From assembly GCA_951406725.2 (NCBI GenBank), contig OX597825.1:49600001-49664000 (forward strand): DNA of 64,000 nucleotides, given 5' to 3'. The position numbers and the translations under genes were made by a program. The notes beneath the pieces were generated by a model that was given only the letters and a program-made list of their open reading frames with translations, searched no databases and was not told the DNA's origin. This DNA comes from Octopus vulgaris. Lineage: Eukaryota. Shown in pieces: positions 25,398 to 39,560 of this stretch; position 1 is the stretch's first letter, and the number at the start of each line of letters is the position of its first letter.

Positions 25398-26779
25398 TTA
25401 TTTTACAGTACTGTTACTGAATGTGTCTTTTGTTTCTTTCTTTCTATATCGTTTGTAGAAAACATAAATCCGAAAGAAGCACACTCTAAGATGTATAGCA
25501 GTATATATTAAAAGTAGGGTGGGTCATTTTGTGGGATTCCTCTGGGTTTCCCGTCCATAAAGTTTTAGCTTTATGGCGTATCGTCAGACCCAAATCCTGT
25601 AAAAAAGAAAGGGAGGAAGCACGCCAAGCAAGAGATGCAGCTGGACGAAATGAGATATTTCTATATTTTCAAAACTTTAAACAAATAGTTTCTCTTCATT
25701 TAACTTTCAAATATTGAGTAGAGATATATCTTAATACCTTACTCGCACATAATTATATATATATACATGTGTGTGCGCGCGCGCACGTGTATACGTATAC
25801 AACTAAGAACATAAATTCAAACAAGGAGAAATGTAGGACTTGAATACCAAAGGTAGAAGACTATCCGATTTATTAAAGCCGACAAACTTTTATGTTTCAC
25901 GTTTCCGTTAATCGGACAATAGTGATCATACTAAACCAAAATTTTATGGCATATGTGATATAATGATATGACGTAATGCAATTCAAAGAATAAACAATTA
26001 CATTTTATTTGGTGACTAATTTTCCAAAACGCAAGAGTGTAGTTTTGCTACTGGTGGTGGTGAGGAGGATAAAATTTAACGGTGAAATACAGAAATATTT
26101 GATAATAAAATCGAAAACATCCTTTTGTAAATGCAAGTGAAAATGGGCGGAATAGATCGAGAAAATTAGGAATTGCAAAATGATTAATCAACAAGTAAAT
26201 GGAATGATAAGATTGCAAGTTTGGGACTTAAGAGTTGGGATTATATTAAAAGATAAATAAAACAGTAGATGAGAAATTAAATAAGCAGGTGTACACACAC
26301 TCACTCACAGACACATGCACATATAGATATTATATGCGAGTGCGTGTGAGTGCTAGTGTGTGGGTGTGAGAGTATGTGTGCTGCGCGTGCGTGCCTGCTT
26401 CTGAGTATTTATCTATGAATGTACATAACATCGCAAGTCAAAGAAAAAGAAAAGGAAGAGAAAGAAAAATGGTACATATACGACACGGAGTTGAAATAAA
26501 GCTAGGCATTAAAAGGTGAGGAACAGAAAAGAGAAAAGAGGAACCGAGGTGGGGAATCGGAAGTAGGAGGACAAATAGGAGGAATGTAAGTGATATAGGT
26601 TATGTAAGAGGTTTTAGAGAGAAATAAATTTGTAAGATTTGGAAAGCTTTGTAAACAATGTATATCGATGGTAAACTTAGGCAGAAAGGGTAAGATTTGA
26701 GAAGATTATAGAAGTTATGAGCCCACCATTCTCAATAAAAAGAGTGGTAGAATGCATATATCTATATTTTTGTTTATTT

Positions 26780-26961
26780 AGCGCAGAGGTGGCTGTGTAG
26801 TAAGTAGCTTGCTTACCAACCACATGGTTCCGGGTTCAGTCCCACTACGTGGCACCTTGGGCAAGTGTCTTCTACTATAGCCTCGGGCCGCCGACCAAAG
26901 CCTTGTGAGTGGATTTGGTAGACAAAAACTGAAAGAAGCCTGTCGTATATATGTATGTATA

Positions 26962-27010
<49 letters not shown>

Positions 27011-27255
27011 GTGTGTGTATATATGTTTGTATATATGTGTATATATGTTTGTGTGTCTGTGTTTGTCCCCCCAACATCACTTGACAACTGATGGTGGTGT
27101 ATTTACGTCCTCCTAACTTAGCGGTTCGGCAAAAGAGACCGATAGAATAAGTACTAGGCTTACAAACAATAAATGCTGGGGTCGATTTGCTCGATTAAAG
27201 GCGGTGCACCAGCATGGCCACAGTAAAATGACTGAAACAAGTAAAAGGAGTAAAA
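26780..27255 (+). mobile_element. Full-length tRNA-derived SINE with an internal (TA/TG)n tract and a LINE-shared tail
   Basis: Head gTGGCTGTGTAGtaag...ggGTTCAGTCCc; tail ggcggtgcaccagcatggccacag...tgactgaaacaagtaaa. Confidence 0.9.
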
Positions 27256-27258
27256 ACA

Positions 27259-27331
<73 letters not shown>

Positions 27332-30300
27332 TCTTCTATTCTATTTACATATTTATTTTAATTTTCAATTTTTTTCATGCAGAACTATATTTCATCAAAA
27401 CATTTTCTCCAAAATTGAATGTTTGAAGACGAGACATTACATTTTCTATTCTATAACTCAGAGAAGAGAAAGAAAGAAAGAGAAAAAGAAGGAAAGAGAA
27501 GGGAAAAGGAGAAAAATGGGAGAGGGGGGAGGAGAGGGAAAGTGTGAAAGAAAGCAGAAATACTTTCAGTGATGAGCTCACTACAACTGTTTGTTTTTTA
27601 AGAGGTCACCATTCTTAAACTCATTCCAATATAATTGTAAATGACTAAATAAATAAATAAATGAATGATGAATAGGAAAGGGGATCCCCCTTTTTCTCTC
27701 TCTCTCTCTATCTATCTATCTAGCTAGCTATTTATCTATTTATCTACCTATATTCTAATATATTTATCCTTATTGTCATGGAACCTTACCCAAAAAACAC
27801 AAAAACTATGTTCTCTTCTTCTAAACAACCCCGCCCCAAAACATCTGTTTTATATAAATGAGCAAAATGTTTGTACACTCCCAAACTTTTATTTACTAGT
27901 TGGGGAAACGAATGAAAGCGCTAATGATAATAATGAAGAATAAATCAAGCTTGGACAGGAGGCAGACAAGAACACGTCTCCCTTGTTCCAGCTACAACGG
28001 AAAGAAAGAAACATAAATTAGGAGAAGAAAGAGAGATGGCCGATGGTCACGTGGGAGCCACAGGAACCAAGAAGGAAGAGTGATTGAGAGAGAGTGACAG
28101 AATAATGCGTTCACCTATACACACAAGCATCAAACGCGAATGCAATCAGCATTTAAATGGTTATTAAAGATACATATTAAAATTCAGGTAAAACAGCTTT
28201 ACATTGAACATTCTGGGTATGAAAATCAATTAACTTTTGCTTTAGAATTCATATTCATATCTTATCTCCATATACGATTTATTATATTATTACATAATGG
28301 CCTCACATTTACACTTTCTTACATTGATATTACATGACAACTAAAATATACATCAATTTGTAATTTGGGCCTTCGCGATGACATCTTTCCACAAGGCGCG
28401 GATCAATATATCTAGCTATAGATTGCCGGTGCTAGCGTAGCCTATATGATCTCTTATTCCATCTCCATATATTATACTCCAAGTATCATATATAGCTTTG
28501 TCAAACATTGGTTGCCAGAGGACAATTCTTGATGCGATAAAGTCAGGCTGGCACTTATTCAATCCGAAGTACTTGGTTTTTTTTTTGTTAAACCGTAGTT
28601 AAGATATGCTGTAGACGAAAATATATGTTGTAGATTAAAAAATGTTTTCTATCCTGGTCTGCTATAAATAACAATTAAAACCAACTGATAAAATCGATTA
28701 AATTGAAGAAAATGTCGAGGATTAGATATAATTAATGTAATTCTAGTACTATGAATTGGACCTTGTCTCATTTAATTAATTAATGTACTATAAACCAATG
28801 ATCTGACACCATGCTTAAGTAAAGCATTTTTTCTCTTGTCCTTATTAACACCACCCTGTTTCCTGGCTCACAAACAAAAATAACAAGTTATTCCTTCAGA
28901 AGTTGATACTAGGCAGTGTACTAAAATGATATTTAGAAACACAGCATTGCATCAGAAAGGAACAACCAAATTGGTATTAGATGGAAATGATGACGATCTG
29001 TATACTGGGTCAGTTTTTTAAATCAATTCTTTATGATAATACCACATAAATGAAGACAGGAAAAATATATTTCTAATTTTGCATGCCTATTTTACATTGC
29101 CATTTAACCAGTAATAACAAAATTATAAAAGAACATTTAAAGCAATATACCTAGTGGCAAACTTTTGCATTGAACCACAGCGGATTACCTAACTTCAGAT
29201 GATAAGTTCACACACACGCACAAGTTAATTATGGAAGACAAAACTCCTGAAATGAAAATACATAGTTTAAAAATTAATGCATGAATAATAAAATACATGC
29301 ATGAACAGAAATATAAATATTCATATAATAAAGTAGAAAGCTAAATCTATCCCGTGCATATTAAAACAAATATGTTACATATCATAACTAGAAACCTATA
29401 ACATGATACGTATCAAAGATCCGCACATAACAACAGAAGTAAAAATATAAGTAAAAGGATAGTTAAGGAAAATTTGAGAAAATATTATTCTAGGGATGAA
29501 AATCATGTGCATGACGCTCTGCAGTTGGATACAATTAAAGTATTAGGATCAGTATATCTTTCAGTAGATCAATGAATCTAGCTTTCAAGAATAAATTTGA
29601 ACATTGAATGACCATAGAAATAAAGCAATATGCAAATCTGGTTGTCCCAGAATTAATGATAGCAGACATAACCTTCAATATAAGGAAAATATTCAACAAA
29701 TAACATACGTAGTCATCACTGTAGATACAAGCAAAATTAATATTTCTACGATTTACTCATACCGAAATAACAAAACACATGCGATTGTACAAAAGAATAA
29801 GCAAAAACGCGTTCGGTCATTAAAGAAAACACACACAATTGAAAAAAAGCGTGAAATATTACACAAGTATATAAGAGAACAAGATGTATTCAAAATTAAT
29901 GAAACAAGAATTTTCACTAAATTCCACTGAGTACCTCGACATAAAATGTGACAACTTGTTCTAAGGTAAATACATTGTTGCACACAAATGTAAGAGAAAT
30001 TTATCAAAAGTAAATGAAATGGAAATCAACAGCAAGAGGAAGAACCAAAGTCTGAGGTGATTATAATCAACAATGGAAGCTTTTCTAAGATGGCTACAAA
30101 TAACAAACGCACCGACTGAACGATCTTTAGAACGTATAATATGACAAAGAGCGTCTCACACGTTTCAAAATAACAAGTAAGAAGCAAGCATTAGAGCACT
30201 ATAAAATCCTAAGCAGCGGAAGAGAAACACACAAGGTGTTAGCTGAGATATTTAATAAGGTACTGGAGGAAATGTAAACAACATGTGTAAAATACACAGT

Positions 30301-30790
30301 AAAATAGCCCACATAGTACAACCTCTGACAGTCAATAACCAACGATGCGATAGATTCTACATAACATTAATAACTTATCTATCTCACATACTACACAACT
30401 TCCATAGCATACTCTACGAAGTCACCACTAAGCACTAATATAGAGACCGCCAATAACACAGCAGTTATGAAATTTAATCACCACTGAACAATATTGCATA
30501 TACTCTACACATCAGAGGAAGCACTAATTCGGTACCAAACTGAAGAAACTAAACAATACAATATAGTAAAACAGATGTAGTACTCGTATATAATTGTACA
30601 TAGCCACAAAACATTGATACACACAGCTCAGGTAGATGGCGGTACACCATATGAAACTATTGCAAAAATGATGACTTGGGTGATGCTGGGGCTGGTGCAG
30701 CTGTTGTTACTGCTGGTGCTGGTGCTGCTACTGTTGATGATGATGATGATAATGACAACGATGATGACGTTGATACAGAAAGTGGTGAGG

Positions 30791-30872
<82 letters not shown>

Positions 30873-31464
30873 TAAAAATAAAGCTTACAATGGAAAGTTG
30901 GTTTGTCCATGACAATAGAAATAAACAGAAACAGGAGTCAATTAACTTTCTCTTACACACTCAGCAGCCAATATGATACATGTTATGTGTGTTACGTGTG
31001 TCTACTTGTTATACACACGCATATCTAACCATGTATATATTTACACATACGTAGATGCATAGATAGGTATCACCATATATATGTTTTCTTTGCATCGTGT
31101 CATGCTTTTATCTAATTCTTACACTTGGAATACACTTAAATCCATTCAATATTTTGATGTTTGTCCGTATTTATTAAAGAAACATTTCTATATAAGTCGA
31201 AGCTATTTGAATTCCCTTGAAAACAATGCATTTCCATAACTTTGAGTCAATGTCATCACAGAATTAATCGTTTCGTTTATTGCCTTGTTTTCGTCTGTTA
31301 AACCAATTAATAATATTTTTGTTAATTTGATTTCGTAACTAGAAAAATTACGAAGCTTAGCATTTACTTTTTTAATTCTTAGACATACGATTTGTCCTCA
31401 TTGATGTTGGTATACTCTTTCGATGTTATTATAGAACGTATGTTTTAAAAGTCTTTATTGAAGT

Positions 31465-32062
31465 GGGAAGCGTTAAGCAGTGATGCGTATAAATGCAATG
31501 TTATTACCAGTTCGAATATGCCGGTGATATGGTCGAACACGTAAACAAGCTGTTCACTCTATTTTGTTACGGAGAAATTTTCTCGCTGTAGACAAATGGT
31601 GTAAATGCACCTAAATTATCTCGCAGTGCCACCTATCCAAACAGTGAGTGAATGGCTTATTGACGAGTTCGCGCGTGCCACTGGTATATTCGAGCTGGTA
31701 ATAACATTGCATTTATACATATCACAACTTAGCGCTCCCGACCCGTAATTTAATTGCGGCAAGCTATCGATTAGAGCTACCAGCTGAGGTACGATGACTG
31801 GAATAACAAAAGAGAGATTGTCTCTCTTATCATCTTGCAGCACTCCTGACAAATTTCTGTGACTCAGAAGGAGATAACCACTCCAAAATCCTTTCTTCTA
31901 ACATACTGGATGGGTAGCGCTTCGAGCTGATTTAGATGTATTTACACCATTTATCGACGAACGAGAAATTTTCTCCGTGACAAAACAGTGAATGGCTTGG
32001 TTAAAAGTTCGAAAATGCCACGGATATATTCGAACTGGCAATAGCATTGCATTTACTCATAT
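31465..32062. repeat. Three-arm fold-back: one forward segment and two inverted copies
   Basis: taaatgcaatgttattaccagttcgaatat (31490-31519) is inverted at ~31687-31715 and ~32026-32056. 31562-31639 is inverted at 31907-31985. Confidence 0.8.
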
Positions 32063-32571
32063 TTTCTATAATAGAATTGAAGATATTCATTCAGGTTACC
32101 TCTATCTTATAAGGAATATGACAGTTAAGTTTTCTACAACTTGATTTAATCACGAGATCCTGTTTGTAGTAGGAAAGCTGACATTGAATGGTGAATATGT
32201 AAACAGGTCGAAACGGAAGTATTTTACTGAAATATGAAGTCGACATAAATTTCAGAAAATATGCAAACACACTTGCCCATTAAAAATAGAAGCAAACGAA
32301 ATATTATTTCAGGTTTTTATTTGGGAGCCAACTGTTTTTAAATGGATTCATCGCTCAGATGACAACATTTGTCACAAGCAACATAAAACCCCACCTCATC
32401 AATTATAGTCTCCTATATTTACTGCCTTTCTCTTTAATTAATCAAAACTGACATTCAATTTAGAATGTTCAAAATTTAAGTCAAATAAAAGTATATTTTA
32501 AAAAGGAAATTACACACATATGACATACACACATCACATACAGAATACAAATAGATCGGTAGATAAATAGA

Positions 32572-32576
32572 TAGAG

Positions 32577-32657
<81 letters not shown>
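32572..32657. repeat. (GATA)n microsatellite
   Basis: Read directly. Others lie at 38818-38862, 54826-54964 and 60466-60535. Confidence 0.97.
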
Positions 32658-33320
32658 TTCAAATCAATCAGCAATAAAGATACATCTTTCAAATACTGAT
32701 TCTCTCTCATGTAAGCACTCAGATTTGTATCTTGTCAGTCTGGTTGTTGTATCATTTAGTTCGTTTTCAATATTTGATAGAATGATAGACTTAACAACAT
32801 TTTAAAATATTCTCCATCCATTTTCTTCCTTTCCTTTTCAATTTTGTATATAATAGCTCTTTTACCTGTTTCAGAAGTCCATTTACTAATTGTACGGAAT
32901 ATACGGATGTTTCCTTTTAGATATAGTTATCAGTAAATTAAAAAATAATTCCTGCAGCGACACGATTTCCCCTCTTTTAATATGTAATAGACGATACCAA
33001 TGCATGAGGAACAATGGAAACAAAATCAGGGTTTATTTTATCATTCTATGCATATTTACTGTAGAAATATCTGACATTCAATAATGGAACACGAGAAAAG
33101 ATAGTTTGCTAACCGTAAACTCTGCAAGTCCCAGATTTTTTGTTTTATTTAAATCAAAAGTGTCATTCTATGTCTCTCGAGCAGGTGAGACACTCCCTAT
33201 GCCCCATCCGGTTTCAAATTTGGTAGAAGGAAAACATATGAAAGAAAATCAAAGGGAAATTTTGTATTCAGGATTTTTTTTCATTTGCTTGCCAATAGTT
33301 CTTTTGCGATAAAAGATTAC

Positions 33321-33356
<36 letters not shown>

Positions 33357-34024
33357 ATGTGTGTATTATATAACTCGGTTTAAGAAGAGGCAATATTTAG
33401 ATAATCATCCTATAGTTATGATTTATATCAACATGAATAAATACATATAATACAATAAATACACCAAATCAAAGATAGAAATATCAAATACATGAGGTAA
33501 AAATGAACGTGAAAATGATCCATAAATAAAGAGTGGTACGTCGATTAAAAATCATATTAAATTTAAGATTTAAAATGCTGAATTAAGAATTAAACATCGT
33601 AAGATACATCGATGGCAGTGGGGAATCTTAATGATGGATTTAAAAGTCAGAGAACTAATAAAGATAAATTTTTACTGTGATTTCTAAAGAAATGTTTATA
33701 AGAGGGTTATAGCACCATACAAGACGTATTTCGACGGTCCTTTCTGGAGTTTATTTGTCTACAAGGTATGAACCTTTTAATTTCACACTGACAATGTCTC
33801 CATCATCAAGAATTAAGGAAATAGCAAGGTTCGAAGAAATATAATAGAAAGGAAAATTTAAAGTTACGTTATGTTGGCCGTTGGCTACCGTAACAGATAC
33901 CGACCATTTTGACAATATTTCACGCTTATAAATGTAAAGATATATATATATGTATGCGTGTGTGTGTTTGTGTATATGTGTGTATGTATGCATGTGTGTG
34001 ATTGTGTGTGTGTAATTGAAATTT

Positions 34025-35570
34025 ACAGAAATATAAAAGACGAAGACAGGTGAATAAACAACAAGCAGGCGTAATAGTTTGCCTTGCAGGAAGGTGAGAA
34101 AATCTTTTGCATTTTGAGTTTACGCTCTTCAGCTGAAGGGAACGCGAGGAAATCAAGAGAGAGAATAAAAAACTTGTGGTTTTAGCGGTCAATCTAGGAA
34201 GAAGGGGATATAAAAAGTACAGGTGATCCCAAAACGAAGGTGCACGTGCGTGTGTGTATGTGAGAGTGTAAGTGTGGATAAGGGCTGGTAACACTGACGA
34301 GAGGATGTGTGCGTGTTAAAGTGTGTGCGTCTGTAATGTGTGGGTATTTAGATGATGGTGTAGGTGCTGGGAAGTGGTCAGTGCTAGTGTGTGTGGGGGG
34401 TGGAAGGGGTGGTGTGGGGTGGTGCTATAGTGGTGTGTGGTGTGATGTGCTGTGGTGTGGCGGCGTTGGGGTGTGGGATGTGAGAGCGGTGTGTGTGTTT
34501 GGAGTGAGGAAGTGGAGGTGAGGATGTAGAGGTGAGGATGTGGGATAGGGGTAAGGTATGTGGGAGTGGGACATGTGGGGGTAGCGTGTGAATGCAGGGG
34601 TATCAATGAAGAAAGACGGTGGTAGGAGTGAAGAGAGGAGAGGAGGAGAGTCAGATGAAGAGGGAGGAGAATCATAGGGAGAGAGGAGTGGATTGAGCCC
34701 ATGTGGTGCAAAGGAGAGAAGAATAATTCCTGTTCACGCGAAGACGGGAGTCCGGTTGGACCCTATACAAAGACAATCTGAGTGCAGGCAGGTGTTGTAA
34801 AGAATGACCGGTAAAACGGAAAAGGTACAAGACCGGGGTGTCATTGCCAAGTCTAATGTCTCGGAGTTGCTCCGCGAACCATTCAGCCAAGCGGCGTCCC
34901 GTTTTCCTGATGTACGGAGGACAGAAAGAGCAGGAGATGCAATAAATGACGTTGTTAGAAGTGCAGCTACAAGTCAGTGATAAGATAGGGACGATGATGG
35001 GTGCCTGTGAGGATGATGGTGTTGGAGGGGTAGGTGCAATGTGCTAGGAATGAGCCAGGCTGGAAAGTGGGGTTAGGGAAGAAACTGTGGACTATGAGGT
35101 CACGTAGGTTGTGGGATCGTTTCAGGGAGGGAAGGGTTGGTTGTGGAAGATGTGCAAAGTGGCGGAATCGGACTGGAGTCGTCGGAAGGCTCGGAGAATG
35201 GCGCGCTGGAGGAGGCAGGTGGAGGTGTGGTAGGTGAGGGGAAATGGGAGAGGGCAACGGCGGGGCGGGTGCGAGCAGAATGTGCTCTGGCAAGTGTGGT
35301 GTGGATAGTGGTGATAGGATATCCACGAAGGATGAAGTGGCGAGCTATGACTTGAGAGTGAGTCTCAAAGTCATGGTTGTCACTGCCGAACTTCCGCAGG
35401 CGGAAGAATCAGATGGAGTCGTCGGAAGGCTCGGAGAATGGTGCATTGGAGGGACGGGGTGGAGGGGAGCATGAAATAGGGACTAGTAAAACAGTCGACA
35501 GCTGAGGAGGGTTTTTACGTCTTTTGTTATTTTGTCCTGCATTTATCTCTGTGTTTACGTATGTTTCACT
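34025..35570 (-). mobile_element. Penelope-like element remnant (GIY-YIG), with an internal duplication and a decayed terminal HHR
   Basis: Minus strand PQPTLPSLKRSHNLRDLIVHS, then CTSNNVIYCISCSFC..YIRKTGRRLAEWFAEQLRDI. CTGAAGA gcgtaaactc AAAA lies at ~34105-34135. The block gagtcgtcggaaggctcggagaatgg occurs at 35177 and 35417. Confidence 0.8.
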
Positions 35571-35584
35571 TATATAATACGATA

Positions 35585-35730
35585 GGCTTCTTTCAGTTTC
35601 TGTCTACCGAATACACACACAAGGCTTTGGTCGGCCCGTGGCTATAGCAGAAGATTCCACGCACTGGGACTGAACCTGGAACCATGTTGTTGGGAAGCAA
35701 GTTTCTTACCATATAACCACTCCTGTGTGT
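35585..35730 (-). mobile_element. SINE 5' part (family of 26780-27255)
   Basis: Reverse complement of ...cttgcttcccaacaacatggttccaggttcagtcccagtgcgtgg...ccgaccaaagcc. Confidence 0.85.
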
Positions 35731-35789
35731 AGGTTCATGTATATGCATGTGTGTGTACACACACACACACTCACACGCACATACACGCA

Positions 35790-36310
35790 CAAACATATAT
35801 GATGGTGATGGATTCTCTTGTGAACGACAAATGAGGTATCAGTAAGATTATGCAGTAAACATGTTCTATGGACACGAATGTGCCTCTTGCCGTCTGTCGG
35901 TGCCTTGCAAACCTTTTGGCAAAGAAAGCAAGTTGAGGACTTAATTTGTTTGAGTGTTTGTGGATTATTTATTATGTGCTTCCTTGGGTGGACGGCAAGT
36001 CCTATTTTGCTTCGTGCCACAAAACTACGATGACAGGTAAGATTTCCATTTAGAGGAGCAACGTTTTTTCAGTGTGTCTTCATCCTTGCACGAAGTTGGT
36101 CCCGATGTTGGAGTCGACTTTCCTCAAATCTTTGAACTGAGGAGAAGTAGGACTGGCGCCAGTTCCTACGTTCTGATGCCTTATTTTTCTCAGTGAGCAA
36201 AGGGAATTTTGCATCGCTTCAAAGTTTCTCTTAGTTTGTCTTTGATGGTCAAGCGTGGCTTCCAGTAGACCTTCCTATTGGGAATTGGCCTCAGTGAAAT
36301 TGCTTCGGAA
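35790..36310 (-). mobile_element. RTE-clade LINE 3' end, decayed
   Basis: Across frameshifts: KPRLTIKDKLRETLKRCKIP...ASERRNWRQSYFSSVQRFEESRLQHRDQLRARMK, plus a terminal C2H2 finger CFLCQKVCKAPTDGKRHIRVH. Confidence 0.7.
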
Positions 36311-36439
36311 TTTTAATATCACTCATACTTGAGAGACAACCTAACCAATAAAGCAGTAATTTTATGAAGATGGCTTCAGTACCTGATATATCCAAAGGCT
36401 TTAGAATAGCCACGGCGTTTCTTTGTATATAAGACTTCA

Positions 36440-37000
36440 AAGTTAAAGAGACACATACGGCACTTCGTCCATCGCATGCAGTTCTCTGGATACAGCCACA
36501 GAGAAAGGATCAGAGTATATGAAGAAGCCATGAGGAAATTTGAAATTATCATACGTAACGTTAAGAATGGGATTTGTCCACTCTATAGGAGCAAGTCATG
36601 GAATACAATTGAAAGGAGTGAGAAGAAAATGGGGAAGGCCTACTTATGGTGTGATAGCCACAAATACCAGTATGTCATGTTCGTCAACCCCACCCCTAGA
36701 GGCGAATTGGTGTACCACTTTAGAATGGCCCTAGGCAACCTTAAGTAAGGTTTTAGAAAGGCCATGTAACTCTATCAAATCCCTAATCGGTACAACCTAC
36801 CCTTTTAATAGACCCACCTGTACTGATAGGAACTGTATTGTATGTAGAGTAAATCCACTAACAAACTATAAAGCTAGGAATGTAGTCTATAGAATAAGAT
36901 ATACAGAGGGACGGTGCAGAAAGAAGACAACGACGTACGTGGGGAATACAGCACATACCATAGGAGAGCGGGATGGTAAGCATTGGAAGGAACTCTGAAA
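36440..37000 (+). mobile_element. Penelope-like fragment (same family as 8620-10085)
   Basis: MQFSGYSHRERIRVY...CPLYRSKSW...MFVNPTPRGEL; ARNVVYRIRY...TYVGNTAHTIGER. Confidence 0.88.
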
Positions 37001-37129
37001 AACAAACGAAAACACATTCACTTCAACATTTCAATTTAATTTTTCAAGGTATTTTCGTCGCTTTAAAACCGCGGCCTGTTCGCTGACAAAATTGCTGCAT
37101 CTGAGAAAGTAACAGTTAGTTCATGATAT

Positions 37130-37520
37130 ATGTGTATGTATGTATGTATGTATGTATGTATGTATGTATGTATGTATGTATGTATGTATGTATGCATGTA
37201 TGAATGTATGTATGTATGGATGGATGTATGTATGTATGTATGTATGTATGTATGTATGTTTGTATGTATGTATACATGCATGTATGTATGTATGTGTGTA
37301 TGTATGTATGTATGTATGTATGAATGTATTTATGAATGTATGTAGGTGTGCATGTAAGCGTACGTATGCATATGTGTACCTGCGTAAGCATGGGTGCACG
37401 CCTGTACGCATGTATGCATGTACGTACGTATGTATGTATGTACTTATGTATGCATGTGAGTACTTAAGTATGTAAGTGTGTATATGTGTATGTGTGTGTA
37501 TATGTGCATGTACATGTGAA
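37130..37520. repeat. (TATG)n microsatellite, degenerating toward its 3' end
   Basis: Read directly. Confidence 0.95.
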
Positions 37521-37609
37521 CGTACATTTATGTATTGATATATGTTTCTGTTCAAATTGTATATATGACTGTTACTCTGCCGAAGGTTATATATATATAT
37601 ATATACATA

Positions 37610-37860
37610 TAACTTAGATACGTTTCGACCAAAGATTGGTCCTGGCCATGTCTAACTTAATAGCACCACCTGATAGGATTGTCTAAATCCTGTTTAAGTC
37701 ATGTTTTGTTTATGATCCATTCAAGTAGTGAGTTCTTGTTAACTGGGTTGTATCCAGGTATGGGTGGCTTACCCGGTATTCCTAGAAGAAATCTATCCAG
37801 ACTCTGTTTAAATATGATGGGATCCTTTTCCTCTGTGATCCCTTTCGGAACAATGTTGTG
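37610..37860 (-). mobile_element. CR1-group LINE, extreme 3' end
   Basis: NIVPKGITEEKDPIIFKQSLDRFLLGIPGKPPIPGY..NKNSLLEW resembles NILPKNLRD..VFKMKLDLFLSGVPDEP..SNSL of the 5 kb LINE. Confidence 0.65.
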
Positions 37861-38780
37861 TGTGGGGGGTGTCCCTCTCACCACCGTCTAACGGTGAATT
37901 GATACAATGTCTTAGATACATACATGCAAATATAAACCTACCTATACATATGTGCAAGCGCACACAATCATATAAACACGTATACACACTCACATATATA
38001 CTTATAAAGTATACATATGTATGCGCTTATCCATCTACACCTTTAGGGCCACTTACAACATGCACCATTTTCCCATTCATTTATTTATCCTACCCCGTAT
38101 GACAGCCTCAATAGCTGGTCTTTTGTTTTTAAATTTCAACTGACCTATTATATCGAACGTTGGACCATGGCCTCACTCACTTCGGGCAACAGGTGGAAGT
38201 GCTTAACCACCTACTAGTAAATAATTTTTTAAAAATTGCATTTAATCGATTAGCACGCTATTTTGATAAATGCTATTTATTAGTACTATAAAAATAATTG
38301 TTAGAAATTATTATGATTAATTTAAAACCGTATTGTATCTTCACACCATCTCTGACTAAACCCTATTGGCATATCCCACTATTATTTTTTATTTCTTATT
38401 ATTTAACCATCCTGTCCCCCACCTCCAAACAAAGGATTAATCCACCAAATACTGTTATAAGTTTATTCATTTACTTAAGGTCCCAAAGAGATACCGAAGC
38501 AAACAGAAATGCTTACAGCCATATCCAACTGTTCCTTTTTCTTCTCTAGGTTCTTCTTTTTTTTTTTTATTTATTCTTCACTTTGGTGAAGCTCCATGTT
38601 TCAAGTCTGTTTTATAACCAAATGTGATAAATATGTTTAGCATATCAATGGCAATACCATACGACATTGGAAACTGAAACAGCTGTTAGTTGGGATGCCG
38701 TGTATTTGTATTGACTTAATAAATAATAATTTATGGAAATCAATTGTCCATCAATATTACTTCATTTTCTGTTTTCTTTA

Positions 38781-38863
<83 letters not shown>

Positions 38864-39191
38864 GCTTAAGTAGTAAATATAGATCTCAGCACACAGGCAC
38901 ACATACCTTTTACGTGGAGTTGTCGTCCAAACCTCTTTCTGCGTATGTGCCACATATTTGTCTCAGTACGGAAATCTTGTAGATCATCGTCATCATCATG
39001 TGCAGCAGTAACAGTTCTCTTCGGCTTACCTACTGCATCACCACTAACCAAATAAATGTATTGGATTTAGATACTTAACTTTTAAAAAACAAACAACTAA
39101 TTCGCTCGTTTCTTTATTATTTGTTACTAAATGACCTTTTCCTTTAGGCGTTAATTTAGCCTTCTCTCGTCTTATTATTTACACGGATCCA

Positions 39192-39560
39192 AAGGTGGCG
39201 AGCTGGCAGAATTGTTAGCACGCCGGGCGAAATGCTTAGCGGTATTTCGTCTGCGTTACGTTGTGAGTTCAAATTCCGCCGAGGTCGACTTTGCCTTTCA
39301 TCCTTTCGGGGTCGATAAATTAAGTACCAGTTACGCACTGAGGTCGATGTAATCGACTTAATACCTATGTCTGTCCTTGTTTGTCCCCTCTGTGTTTAGC
39401 CCCTTGTGGGTAATAAAGAAATAGGTATTTTGCCCGTCGCTTCGTTCTGTGTTCAAATTCCACCGAGGTCGACTTTGCCTCGATGTCGATTAAATAAGTA
39501 CGAGTTACGCACTGGGGTCGATGTAATCGACTTAATTCCCTTCCCCAAGCTGCCATTATG
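39192..39560 (+). mobile_element. tRNA-derived SINE followed by a tandem partial duplication
   Basis: 39192-39425 matches 10283-10515. 39424-39540 repeats ggtattt...gttcaaattcc..gaggtcgactttgcct...gtaatcgacttaat with an internal deletion. Confidence 0.9.
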
